Assembly (NCBI RefSeq): GCF_009834535.1
Contig: NC_045697.1
Location: 108,068,001-108,132,000, forward strand
Origin: Camelus ferus
Taxonomy: Eukaryota
Direction: 5' to 3'
DNA length: 64,000 nt
Part shown: positions 24,811 through 36,918 of the stretch, piece by piece
How the letters are laid out: every line of letters begins with the position of its first letter
How positions within the stretch are numbered: the stretch's first letter is position 1
Made by a program: the position numbers and the translations under genes
The notes under the pieces: generated by a model
The model's database searches: none
The model's input: the letters and a program-made list of their open reading frames with translations, nothing else
What the model was told of the DNA's origin: nothing

Positions 24811-25687
24811 GGCTCTGAAGAGGTCCATCTAGAGAGAGATTTAACCTCCTTTACAGTGTCTCTCTGCAACCACTCCTCTCTGGCCCTGAGAACTCACAGG
24901 TGACCATGCTCAGAGCCTCAGTCACCAAGAAACCCTCCCTCCAGATGCTGAGTTGCGACACAGGCCAGATATCACTAATGGGCATGTCCAGTACACCCAT
25001 CAGTGGACTGAAAAACCAGGAAGCCATTTGTTTATATTCTAGGGACAACATGCAGTCATCATTTTCCTTCACAAGGAAGAGACTAATGGAGGAGTGGACC
25101 GAGTTAGGGAAGCAAGCCGAGTGAGCCCTGGGGGACTTGTCACAGGCCTGCGCTCACTAACCCGGGCGTGGGGGGTTCCGGGGAGGCCCTCCCTGGGCGG
25201 GAGGTGTGCTGGTGGGAGCTGCCGTCAAGGGGGGGCCTGGAGACAGCCCGCACGTCATCTTCAAAGCAGCCCTCGCAGGAAGAGAAATCTATAAATAGTC
25301 TTTTTCTTTCCAAATATGAAATAGGTTCAAGGTGGCTGATCAGAGACATTCTTTTTTTCTCACAATCAGTCCATCATGAGCATTTGGTCTTTGAGGGAAC
25401 TGATACCTGAATATTTATCAAACTAAACATGTGACCACCTCAAGCCCTCTACTCTCCCGCAAGTCACCTTGCTCTAAATTGTCTATGCAGCGGCCAGGGT
25501 GTGTTAATTCAGGTCCAGCTCTCCACGACACCCACATTTCATCAGCCCCACATTTCACCAGTTTAGGGGCTCTGGCTTCTCGAAGAGTTAGCTTAGCGTC
25601 TCACCTAATTTAGCTCACCACCCACACTTCCTCTTTGGCTCTGGCTCAGACTCTCAGCTCACGCGGAGAAAACCTGATTTCAGTTCC

Positions 25688-26150
25688 CATAATGGATACT
25701 TACTGTTTTTCTGTCCACTTTTCCCTCCGGTGTGGGCTGTTGTTCTGATCTCTATTTATACTGTTACATTAGGGCTGGCCACATACCTACAGTAGGACTC
25801 ATTCAGCCCACGCCTACGAGGGCCAGGGTGGTCATACCGCCGAGCTGAGCCAGTCCGAGTCTCCTCCCTGGAAACCTGGACTTGGATGACAGCGTTTGGG
25901 GTCCGTAACACATGAACTTAAAGGATTCTCTATAACTGTGTTTTCCTGCTATGTGAACCAGAAAAGCAAAGGAAGCAAGTTACAGAGAGGAAAAGAAGAA
26001 TGTAGCAGAAATAAAAAGAAGAGGAGGAAACAGAGATGTGGAAATAATCTGGTTTAGTCGTTCTTTGGCCCAGCCACATTCCTCAGTTCAACTTAGCTGG
26101 ACCCAGTGGATCCCAGAATTCTCTATATAAGATTCTTCTTTTTCTCCAAG
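25688..26150 (+). mobile_element. Old MaLR/ERVL LTR fragment (MLT1K/L-like)
   Basis: gagctgagccagtccgagtctcctccctggaa...gaagcaagttacagagagg...; family assignment uncertain. Confidence 0.4.
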
Positions 26151-26626
26151 CGCTGCAGCAGGAGCATTACCGTGGTAGATTAGATTGTCCAGCGTGGTCC
26201 CAGAGATGGCCATTGGCATTTTCGTAAAATGTCCTAGTTTGCCTTAGAACGCATGTAACAGCAGCAATCAATATTCACGAAGCATCTGTTTACAGTGTTG
26301 GCTTGATTTACTGATGGTTACACTGAGGCTCAGTGAGGTTAAGCAAGTTGGCTCAGGTGGGACAACTAGCAGGTAAGTGACTGAGCTAGGATTCCAGAAC
26401 TCTTACTTGTTCTGCTCTGTGTAGATGAAGCTTCACGGAAGGATTATCTACCCAGTGGTAGCCTGATCATCACAATCAACCAGTCTCCACTCGAGAACAG
26501 CTTAATTAGAGATCTGGAGTGGGGAAGGTAACAAGGTATGTCTTTATAACATTTTTGAAAGTTAAAAGTTTAAAAGAAAAACACATATATATTTAACAAC
26601 AACAACAAAAAATGTACTAAGTACCT

Positions 26627-27088
26627 ATATATCAGAATTAGGTTTGGCTACAATTAAAAAATAACACTAATCATGCAGTTTAAATAACGTAGAAGTTTAT
26701 TTTTCTCTCCAGAGGTAGGCAGTCAAGACCTAGTATCAAAGACACAGGCCCCTTCTAGAATGGTTCCCACAAGTAAGCTTACCTCATGGACACAACATAG
26801 CTGTTGCCGCTCCAGCCATTATATTCATGTTCCAAGCAGTAGGAAGGAGGATGGACCAAGGGCAGAAGAGTATGCCTTCTTTAAAGAGTAAACTTCCTTC
26901 AAAGTGTTTTGCAAGAAGCTCTACCCCATGACTTCTGCTTAGACCTCTTTAAACACTTCTGTTGATGACAGAGCCTGCAAATGTAGTTTTATAGCTGGTA
27001 TATGTGCTGGGCCTGACAACACAGGGACTGTTCCTAAGGAAGAAGGGGAACATGGATGCTAGGTGAGAAACAGGCAGTGTTAGCCACA
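26627..27088 (-). mobile_element. MaLR LTR (MLT1J-like) inserted in an L2 3' end
   Basis: atcagaattaggtttggcta...gctccagccattatattcatgttccaagcag...ggcagtgttagccaca. Confidence 0.7.
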
Positions 27089-27089
27089 G

Positions 27090-27400
27090 CCCATTATGTG
27101 CCAGGCACTTTTCTTGGTTGTGAGGATATAACAGTGAGAAGACAAAGTCCCTGGCAGCTCTTAGGGTTCTATTCCAGTAGGGAGATAGCTGATAAATAAG
27201 CAAGAAATAAATATTATAATTTTAAGCAGTGATGGGTAAATGTGGAGATTTTTAAATAGGGCCAAAAGAGGGGACGGTCTTTCTGAGTGGGTGACATTTG
27301 AGCAGAGACCTGATTGATGTGAGGAACGTAGGAAGAGTGATCTGGGCAGAGGCTACAGCACCCACCAACCTTGGAGCAGGGTGACGCGATGAGCACTCCG
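27090..27400 (-). mobile_element. L2a fragment
   Basis: ttatgtgccaggcact...gtgacatttgagcagagacctga. Confidence 0.75.
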
Positions 27401-28256
27401 GTGAGAACCACTGATCCAAAACCTTTATGAATCTGAAATAGCCTGTTCAGATGAAGTGACAAAACGATCTCGTTACATTAACTGGAGGGAACAGTGTTAG
27501 TGATATTCCATGAGTGATGTTTTATTTATTCACACGGTTCATTTTCTTATCAATAGGGTAGGTGTTGACATTGCAAATTATTACTATTAATCTCATTGGG
27601 GAAATTGTAACAGCTATCTCCTGCTTCCTAAAAGTGCTGCATGGGATATATTTAGGAGGTTAAAGTGAATTATTGACGTACATTAAATATCAGCATAGTA
27701 TGGGTACTTCTAGCTGCATTTCAAAGCTTTTTCATCGTGTTGGTATAATTGTGGATTCATCCCTCTCCCTAAAAGCGCTGTATGATATACACTTATTTTT
27801 CAAATTCAAGTGAATTTAAGTCTAAAAATACCCTCTTATGGATATTTTAATGTATCCCTTTTCTTGAGAGGTAGTATATTCCCTAAGAGTATTTGTCCTT
27901 ACTTTTCACTTCTCTTACCTTGTTAGTGCCTGTTGTGCTTGTGTTCTGGGGGCTGGCAAAGTTTTCTATTGACTTTATCCATATATCATTTATGATTTTA
28001 GTGATTTCAATCAAATTTCCATTTCAAGCTTTGCTGTCATATGCACTCATCATCTTTTAAAATCTCTTCTTGTGTGCCAGAACCCCCTCCCCTCTATGCT
28101 ATGTGCTCAGTCTTTTTCACTGCCTCTTTCTAGATTTGTGATATCTTTCTTGATAAAATAGCCTTCAGTTTTCATGTTATGTAATATTATATTGACCAAG
28201 CAAGACCATGGCAGAAAATCATGAACCAATGCTTTTCCTCCTGCTGTACCTTTAAA

Positions 28257-28345
28257 AAAAAACTAATGGAGGTTCTGGGGATTGAACCCAGGACCTTGTG
28301 CATGCTAAGCATGTGCTCTACCGCTCAGCTATACCCTTCCCCCTT
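28257..28345 (-). mobile_element. Camelid tRNA-derived SINE (vic-1 type), short form
   Basis: Reverse complement of gggtatagctgagcggtagagcacatgcttagcatgcacaaggtcctgggttcaatcccc; TSD gctgtaccttt (28243-28253) / gctgtcccttt (28351-28361). Confidence 0.9.
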
Positions 28346-29284
28346 CCCCAGCTGTCCCTTTAAATCTGCTGCATAGGCTTTGTTCTTCTCTCACATCTGA
28401 ATGAAAAATCAGGCAGGTTTTCTGGTCACCCAGGTAATACAAGCTCCTCCAATCAATAATGTAAAAGTCCAGTCCCTTGTAACAGATCATACTTTGAACT
28501 TGGTTCAGTATGAAGTTTTCTTTTCCTCCCCTGATGGTGACCTGTTGCAGGTGGAAGCTGGCAGAAGGGGAAGGAGATGTGTTCTTTCTTCCCCTTGTGC
28601 TTTTCCCATCTCCCTCCTCCATCCTGTTAGCGGTGATTTCTGACCCCTCACGGTGGACCACAGGGAGGCAGGAGAGAACGCTGGTCAGAAAAGTTTTTCC
28701 TTACCTGGGGCTATAGTGATCCGGGTGTTGCCCTCTCTGGGTCTGGGAAGTGTTGAAAGCCGAGTCTTGTTCTCATCTCTGTTTTGTGGGTTGTTTTTTC
28801 ACATCTCCGTCACTGGAGACCTCCTTCTCCCCTGGAGATCACTGTTACAGGCAATACACTCGTCTCCAGCTCCTTGTTGCTCCTCCTGCTCTACCTCTGC
28901 AGCGTGGAAAGCCGTTACGTATCTTTTGTGCTGGCAAACTGAGGACAGCCCTCCCAACACAGCCTCTTCTCCTTGACTTGTGTGTCTTGAAACTCTTACT
29001 GTTGATGCTTCTCAGGTGGGAGTCAGACACAGTTTCATGTGTCCCATGACCGCAGGGTACATGGATCATGCCCTCAGTGTGTTCCTTTTGAAGGCTCATC
29101 GGTAATGTCAACACGAGGGGCTGACATCCCAGTCCTACCTCTAAGGAGAGGACCTGGAACCTTCTCTAAAAAGGATCTCTCCACCTCCACCCTCTCCTTT
29201 CCTGGCTGCTCCAATCTCTTATATAGGCTACAGGTGCATGGGCACCTCAGGGCAGAAGCTGGTTTTCAACCCCTCCTCCACCTC

Positions 29285-29629
29285 TTTTTTTTTTTTTTTT
29301 TCAAACTTTAAATTTTGACTGGGAGGAGTCGCTCAGTGGTAGAGCTCATGCTTAGCATGCATGAAGTCCTGGGTTCAATCCCCAGTGCCTCCATTAAATA
29401 AAATAATAATAAATAAATAAACCTAATTACCTCCCCCCAAAACAACAAAATTTATTTTGAAATAATAATAGGTTTGCAGGAAGTTGCAAAGAAATGTACA
29501 GGGAGATCCCATGCAAACTTCACCTTCAATGTTAGTATCTTGCATGTAAAGTAACAGCACATCCAGGAAACTGACATGGGTACAATCTGCAGTGCTTATT
29601 CAGATTTCACCAGCTATGCATGCACTCAG

Positions 29630-29661
<32 letters not shown>

Positions 29662-29875
29662 CAAACTCTGTGCAATTTTATCACATGTGTACTCCCATAT
29701 AACCACCACCACAATTGCATATACAACCGCCCCCTTCCCATAAGGCTCTGTCAAGATACCCCTTTATAACACACCCCTTTCTTCTGTTATCTGCAACCCA
29801 GAAACCACTCATCTATTTTTCATCTCTGTAATTGTGTTCTCTCATGGGATCATTCAGTGTGCATCTTTGTGAGAA
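29285..29875 (-). mobile_element. L1MC-type 3' end containing (TG)n at 29632-29659 and a SINE
   Basis: ttttgaaataat...caggaagttgcaaag...gcttattcagatttcaccag...taaccaccaccacaat. Confidence 0.75.
29321..29450 (+). mobile_element. Camelid tRNA-derived SINE
   Basis: gctcagtggtagagctcatgcttagcatgcatgaagtcctgggttcaatccccagtgcctcc, then (aaat)n and cctaattacctccccc. Confidence 0.92.
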
Positions 29876-31217
29876 TGCCAGCCATCTCTGTTTTGCAAGT
29901 CTTAAAAAATGTACTGGTCTTACTTTGGAACAGAGGATATTGTTTTGCTGCTTCAGCTAACACGGAAGTAAGAAGAGTCTTATTTTCACATCCGGTTACA
30001 AATAGTTTAGTTCACGTTTGAACGTATCTTCTATTTTGCATCTTTCTGATGATACAGCGTTTCATTCATTTAACAAATATTTATGGAGTGCCTGCCGTGG
30101 GATTGCCTTTGATGCTATTTTTCTGCATTAGGCTTAATGTTCTCGGGAAAGCAAGTAACCCCAAGGTCTCCTCTTGGCTTTATGGTAAGTTCCTAGGCTA
30201 TTGTTCTGCAAGTTTTGGTGTTTAAGGTGCTTTAAACTCAACTGACCAGCACTGAAATTCCTGTATCACTTTCTGCTTAGCCTCAAAAAGTCGTTATCCC
30301 ATTGACTCACCATTTCACGTCTTAGAATGTCTTGCAGTCATCTACAGCCACGGAAGTTTCACTGTGGACCCTGTTCTTCAAATCTCTTTATAAACTTACT
30401 CACCAAGATCAGCCCCTCTTGATCTCTGAGAGCTCTTACTTTTTGCAAAGAAATGACACTTTTTTCTTTTATTACCTGGTTTCCCTATGTTAGAACTTAA
30501 TTCTCCATCCGTTTCAAATTGTCCCTTAATCCTATGGTGACTCAACTGTTCTTCACTTGCCCACGGTAAGTTTTTGGTGCAGGTGCTTGTCAAAGGCAAT
30601 TCCAAAGTCTGCAGAATGACTCTGTCCTCTTTTCCCGCGTGACCTCAGAGAATGCCGGTAATCAGACGGCTTCCTCATACAGAACCCATCATGCCTCTGC
30701 CTCTGTGGATGGTGCTGATTTGAGCTTTTTGCAATTCCTACCTTATTTAGGGATTCCACTAGCTTGGTATGTCAGGAAGGGAGAAACAGCCAGTGGGTGC
30801 TTTCCCAGAGTGCCCTCTGTAGACTCAGAATGTCTGACACGGGCAACCTGACAGTTCTCAATCTAACACAGCAGCTGTTGCAACAATGGGTCTCACGTCA
30901 CGGTCGACAGCGCCACAAGCCTGCCCATGAATTCATTCGAAATCTTTAGGTGAGTCACATCCTGTCTGGGTGATTTATTGATATGTGTTTGGCCAGTTAG
31001 GACTAGAACATCCTGTGCACTTACTACAATGTTACTGAATGCTCTGACCTGTCCGTTTCAAGGGCACATATCTTCCCTGGCAGAGGACACGGCAAGGCAG
31101 TGGGACAATTTCTCTTCTATTTCCTTTTTCATTCCTTGATGCATTCCATTGACGCCTTCACCTTCTTGGGTTTTATTTTTGACATTCTTCAGGGTTTCTT
31201 GCAAGGTATTCTTTAAC

Positions 31218-31335
31218 GAATCATAGAATTTCAGAAATCAAAGGAACGTAAAAATGTAATTTGGTCCAAATTCCCCAGCATAAAGACGAAAAACTACATT
31301 GGAAAGAAGTTATGTGACTGGCTCTGACCCATTTA
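31218..31335 (-). mobile_element. MIR3/MIR-like fragment inside the CR1
   Basis: gaatcatagaatttcagaa...ggtccaa...gttatgtgact; CR1 reading resumes on both sides. Confidence 0.5.
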
Positions 31336-34300
31336 ATGGCTTACACTTCCTTTCTAGTTACATGTACTTATTTTTTGCTATTTATGTTCATGTGAAATTT
31401 TGAATACCATAGGTTTCCTTTTTGGCCTTAAAATGCTTTCCTTTCGTAAACTTCCCCGGTTCTATGAAGAGAAGGTGTCTGATCTGGGCTTTTGTGTGCC
31501 CAGATGGCCGCTGGTTCGTTTCATTCTACTGCCCGGGAGCCAGAGGACTCCCTCCCCAGTTGCCTTGTAGGATCTCAAGGGAGCAACCCCCCCGCCCAGC
31601 CCTACCCAGTTCTGGAATCCCTCTGTCTGACATTTTCTACAGCATCTGCTTGCCATCTTCTGATGGCTTGTTCACTTCTCCACAGCTGGAAATTCCTGGT
31701 TCCAGTGTGCTCCTTCTATAAAACCACCTGCTTTCCCAAGGCTGCTTTCTCAGAGCATCTCCTTTACTCTCACTATTGGGAGATCTGAGACAGGACATGT
31801 GCAGGGTTTAGGTGTGGTGGGATGAGACGGGAAGCCCTTGCCTTTCTTCCTGGAGGGTGTGAAGCCATCCAGCTTCCTTGGACTCATCATCCTGCTGCCT
31901 TATTTTTACAGCTAAAATGAGGCAGACTGTCCCCTCCCCCACCCCCTCTAGCTCTCCTTCTGATCACTGCACGTGCATTTAGTACCGTCAGGGAGTTTTC
32001 TATCTGCATCTGGTCCATGTGGATGTTTCCACTCCTGTGGCGTTCCCAGCAGCTGTCACCGGCCACCCCGCACTGGGGTGAGAGGCTCCTGCTTTCTCTC
32101 TCTGCCTTTCATCCAGTTCGTCCCGTCCCCGCTGGTGCTGGCAGTACACGCAGGGGTCCGTGAGGCAGGACCTGAGTTGTCTGCTTCTCCTCTATTCCAG
32201 CCGTGGAGCACACGGCAGGGCCTCACCGGAGAATGTATCCTGCCAGGGTCTCTCAGTCTCCACCCTGGCCCCCTGGTCTATGTATGAGTCATGCAAGAGC
32301 CAGAGAGAACTTCAAAAAGTGTACACCCGTCCTGTGTCACTCCTCTGCCCAATGCCTTCTCCCTCACACGGTGGCTGCCCCATCCCACTTGCCGTGTGAT
32401 AGAATGAATCACTGGCCCCGTTTTCCTGTCCCTGAGACATGGAAACAGGATAGCCATGTCCTGCCACAGCCTGGCCTTGGCAGTGGAGTCCTCCTGCCCT
32501 GTGACTTTGACGTGGTCACGTGATGTGCTCTGGCTGGGGGATGGGAGTGGACCTCCACCATCACTGGCACAAGGATGGACCCCAGGACCTGGTGCTGCAA
32601 GCAGCCTGGGCCCCAGAAGGACACACCTGGAGCTGCCGCCCTAGCCGACCCCAGGATGTGCAGCGAGAAACAGGTGTTCACTGCTGGGTGCCGCTCAGCT
32701 CGGGTAGCTGCCATGCCACAGCTCGTGGTCCCCAGTGTCCTCTCCAGTGGCCCTTCTGGACACTTGCCCCAATTCCTGCAGCTCCCACTGGCCTCAGGGC
32801 CTTGCATTTGCCAGGTCTTCCACTTCCAAAGTACTTTCTTCAACTCTCTGATGGGATCTCCAGTGGTGATGGATGCGGTGAAGCAGGGTAAGGGGGCAGC
32901 GAGCCTGGCAGGTGCAGGAGGAGGCTGTTTGCCATGAGGTGGCCTGAGGGGGGACTTTGGAGTGGAGAGTGAGGAGAGGAGGGAAGCGGCCATGCCCAGG
33001 TCCGTCCGGCAAGCAGCATCTCCTCCACACTCTGCCCTTCCTCCTGCCTTGGGGACTTGGCACAGCTCCTCTCTTCCCCTGGGAAGTCCCTTCTCACTCC
33101 TCGTCCTGCTCACACCTCCGTCCTTCTCACCTGACGCCACATCCTTTCCAGGCTCCATGGCTTCGCAGGAGGAGGCTGACATCTGCCAAGGCAGATGGCC
33201 CTGTGTTCTAGTGGCAACCGCAGCTTTCCAGGTGTTTGTTGGAGAGAACCATCTTGAGTTTATAGCCACCTGGTATTATAACAAGTTAGGCTGAGATAAA
33301 TGATATTTACAAAGAATTTTAAAAACGTATTCAATCTGCCGTTGTTCTAGCTTTTCTGAAAACGAATTGTGGGTCCAGCCAGGTTGGCAGGAGCTGGCGA
33401 CAGGGGTGTCAGGTTAGCCTCCCACCCGCCACTCTGCTAGAGTTGAATTGTGATGCCACTGGCCAGCGCTGCAATTTCATAGATGACACATGATGTGGCC
33501 TAAAGCCTTCTGACTCAATATGTGATCTGAGGACCAGCAGCAGAGCAGCCTTAACAACACAGGAGAGCCCACTAGACGCGCAGCATCTCAGCTCCACCCT
33601 AGACAGTCTGCATCGGCTCCTCCCATGACCCGTGCACACCTCACAGTCTGAGAAGAACCCCTCAATTCCCTGTTTGTGACATCACTCAGAATCCATCTGC
33701 TTTGCAGGTAAATTCCTGTTTAGTTAGTCCTGAGACAAATCACTCTTCTGAGCAGTCTATTTGCTTTGTTTTTTTGGGTTTTTTAGTTTTTATTTTTGCA
33801 GACACTGTAAATTGTGTACACTTTCTTTTTCCCTGATGGTTGCTAAATCTTTATCTGCCTCCCATAGTGACTGGAATGGCATGTTGAAGTATTTGATGCA
33901 CAAATGTATTAACCCTGTATTCCTAGAAATAAAAGACCTTCCAAAGCCTGCAATAGAGTGGCAGGTGGCACCCGGGTAGCGGAGAAATTGGGAAGTGGCT
34001 TTTCTTGCCACCAAGCCTGGGGACATGCGCCTGCAGTCCGAGTAGGTGCTGATGGTGGGAGAGGAGAGGTGGCTTCCACTCTGGAGGATGAGGAGGAAGC
34101 CCGGAGTTTTCAGGGGTTGCCTTTCACACAACCAGAAGCTCTGCACATCACACAGGGACCCCTGTGCACCCTGCTTCACGTGCGCAGTTGGGTCTTCAGT
34201 ATTGTCAGTTGAATAATGATGATGTCAAGCCATGGCACCGTGGGCGTCTGGGGGGGCCTGCCCCACCCTGAAGGCCGGGCTGTGGCCCTGGCGTCCTTTC

Positions 34301-36819
34301 TCCTCCGGGCCACTTGGGGCCTCTGGACTGCCGGGCGTGGGAATGTCTCTCACTGCTTTCTGGGAGGGAGAATGTTCCAGGCCCCAACTCCCTCCCAAAC
34401 CACAGCCCCTTTTGGTGTCTCGCTCCTTTTCTGCAGGGTCTTGAGGGGGAGGGAAGGTAGTGGAGCTAGGTGAGGCCCTAGTAACTCCACCTGCAAGAGG
34501 GTGGAAACAGGTCAGTTCTCCCTCCCATTTCCAGAAATCAGCGCCAGCCTGCTGGAGGAGGGTCGGTGGCTAGGACAAAGGTATGATTGGCAGACCTGTA
34601 CCAGCCTCCTGCCCTGTATGGGCTGGTGCCTCTGAAGTGCCAGTAACATCACTCACCTATTTACTGGGTCCCGTTGGCCACACGGAGACAGGGCTGCAGA
34701 AATCATAATTAGCAAGTGTGTGTGTGCGCGCACACGCACACATACATATTTGTTTTGTGTATATATATGTATATAATCCCCCGTTCACCTCTGGAACTCA
34801 AGTCTGCTTTATATCTCGTATATATAAGATACTAAAATGCAGCTTTTCAGTGATGTTTATGTAAGAAAGTAGGGAAGTGACTGAGATGGGGGCCGGGGCA
34901 GCTATGATCCGAAACCAGGTTCCCCACCTAAACGTGGCCCTGGGGGTTAAAGAGCAGGTGCAGATACCCTGGCACCTTCCAGGCCTGGGCACTCAGCAGT
35001 AAATACAGCCAAACAGTGACATGCACTTCTCTACAAGGGATGCGCCGCACCCTCCCAGCCTCACCTGCATCTGAAAAGCACGCCTTTGTCTTTCGCACGA
35101 GAAATCAGGGAGTGAGGTTCTGAAGTCATTGATGGAGTCTGTACAAGATGAGACCCAGGTCTCCTTGTCAAGACTGGGTTACCCTGGGACACTTTTTGGC
35201 GGCTCTGCCCACTTCACCCATTAGGAGCTACTCCCAGATCTCCTTCTGCAGAGGCGGCTGCAAATTTGGAGCCTCCAGACGTCCGCGCATGTCTTAGATT
35301 ACTCATGACAACGCACATTGCCTTATGTTTATTTGAGTTAAGTTTCATCTGCCTTTAGGCTGTGCAATCCCCCAAAGTGTTCAAATGCATCTGGAGTTTC
35401 CTGCAAATCTCCTTAGTTTTTATTAGCCAAAACAATTTAGAGCCAGCTGAAACCTCTGTGAAGAGATTAAACGACACTTATGTGACAATGGCTCACGTAA
35501 TGTCCGGCCAGGTAGAAGAGGCAGCGATGGCTAAGGTGCCGGGGAGAATGGCGCTCATGTCATCTTGTGCCTCTGCAGATCTCTCGGCCTTGGAGAGGTG
35601 CCAGGGAGCCCTTCGCGGTGCTGGCTCCTGCAAGTGGAATAGGTAGATGTCTGTGCTTCAGGTGGGCTTGGAAGCCCCCCTTGCTGGGAGCGTGGGGGAG
35701 GCGTGTTACCTAAGGCCTGCTCTGTCTGAGCGAGTTGGTTATCAGAGAAGAGGGAGCAGAAGAGCCGGCAGGAAGTGAGCCTGTGAGGAGAAGGAAGCCG
35801 GGGTGGCAGCCTGCTCAGAGATGTAAAAATACCAGCAATGTGTAACCAAGGGAGAGAGGAGGGGAAGCAGGCGTGGGGCTCCAAGGACTTACCCAAAGAG
35901 GCAAAGCCATGCACTTGGCTGAACCTGAGAGCTGGGAGTGAGGGGCCAGGCAAGGATGGCCCCTCTTGACCTGGGAAAGACAGCAACGGACAGCCCAGAC
36001 TGATGGGAGAGGGGAGACAGGAGCTGTTTGCAAAACCCAGATCTCCCTGGGCTCGGCAGGCACCAGGCTTCTCTGTGTGGGCAGCGTCAGAGCGCATCCC
36101 AGACCATCTCAACGAGCTAAGCTTGTCAGCTCCAAGCTGTTCCACAGACAGTGGGTGTGAACCCAAAATCATTTCAGCTTTATACTGTTCTTTATTAAAA
36201 AAAAATGAAATATTGAAAAAGCACCAGACCCAAAGGAGTCCTTGTTCTTTGGACCAGTTACCTGTGCAGGTATTGGGGCAGTTGAAGACGCAAGTCTGGG
36301 TAGCTCAGAAAAGGTGGGTTGTAGGTGCCCCTTCCCTCGCGGCAGCATTCTTGGAAGAGCTTCTCTCCTTCTGACTCAAGGTTCTGCACCATTTTTCTGT
36401 GCCATTTTTAAAAACAGAGACCAGCGGCACACAGCCCCCTGTCTCTGGACAAGTCTTTTCTCGTTTGTTTCCAAGCTGGTTTCTTTGATTGCAACTGTCT
36501 GGAACAGCTCATATCTAGCAGTTGGACCTTGACAAAGCTTAGGCACCAACGAGAGAGAGCAATCATCACCCTCAACTGCCTTGCTGGTAAATCACACCCT
36601 GACTCCCATCTGATGTGTCAGGGGTCTTGCTTCATATTCCCTGTGGTTGTGGGGAAGATCTACTATTAAGAATGAGAAACCGAGACTATCAGTGTTTAGG
36701 GGATTGAAGGAAGAACTGTGGCCTGGGTTAATCTGGCTGGCACTCTGGGTCAACCAGATGGCCGGGAAGTGGGTCCAGGAGAGAGACTTGGGCAAATGCC
36801 CACCTGCTCCATGGGTTTC

Positions 36820-36902
36820 CTTCTTCTTCTCCTTCCTCTCCTCCTCCTCCCCTTCCCTCCCCCTTATTCCTCCTCCTCCTCCCTCTTCTTCCTCTTCTTC
36901 TT
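36820..36902. repeat. (TCC/TTC)n pyrimidine-rich simple repeat
   Basis: cttcttcttctccttcctctcctcctcctcc...ttcctcttcttcttc. Confidence 0.9.
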
Positions 36903-36918
36903 CTACATGCTGAGGGGC

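Larger units (their letters stand above)
28180..30000 (-). mobile_element. Old LTR, probably Gypsy-like (MamGypLTR-type), inserted in the CR1 and itself interrupted
   Basis: Inverted termini tgtaa (28180) ... ttaca (30000) bracket the non-CR1 sequence, and CR1 motifs resume on both sides. Minus-strand ttacctgggtgaccagaaaa...tttaaagggacag...gtcttgcttggtcaa resembles recalled MamGypLTR 3' ends. No TSD is preserved. Confidence 0.55.
27780..32350 (-). mobile_element. Ancient CR1/L3-clade LINE: decayed ORF2 (endonuclease, reverse transcriptase, C-terminus) split by later insertions
   Basis: Ordered minus-strand remnants compared with recalled CR1 ORF2 motifs: VYCQH...DELDE and DADRK..D.LN (~32150-31980, endonuclease, weaker); KEIEEKLSHCLAVSSAREDM (~31127-31068; cf. 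IAEKLNEFFASVFT.ED); INKSPRQDVTHLKISNEF (~30982-30929; cf. NKSPGPDGIHPRVLKEL); ESLNKVGI...DFGIAFDKHLHQKL (30759-30553; cf. MESII...DF.KAFDKVPH..L); VHSETSVAVDDCK (~30369-30331; cf. SEISKFADDTK); DLGV (~30165); IKKDITNLER (~28155-28125); GNLIEITKII (~28022-27993; cf. GDLIEVYKI). Confidence 0.88.

Noticed and set aside
28180..28215. Apparent CR1 peptide AMVLLGQ
   Set aside because: Better explained as the terminus of the inserted LTR, so it was not counted as CR1 evidence.
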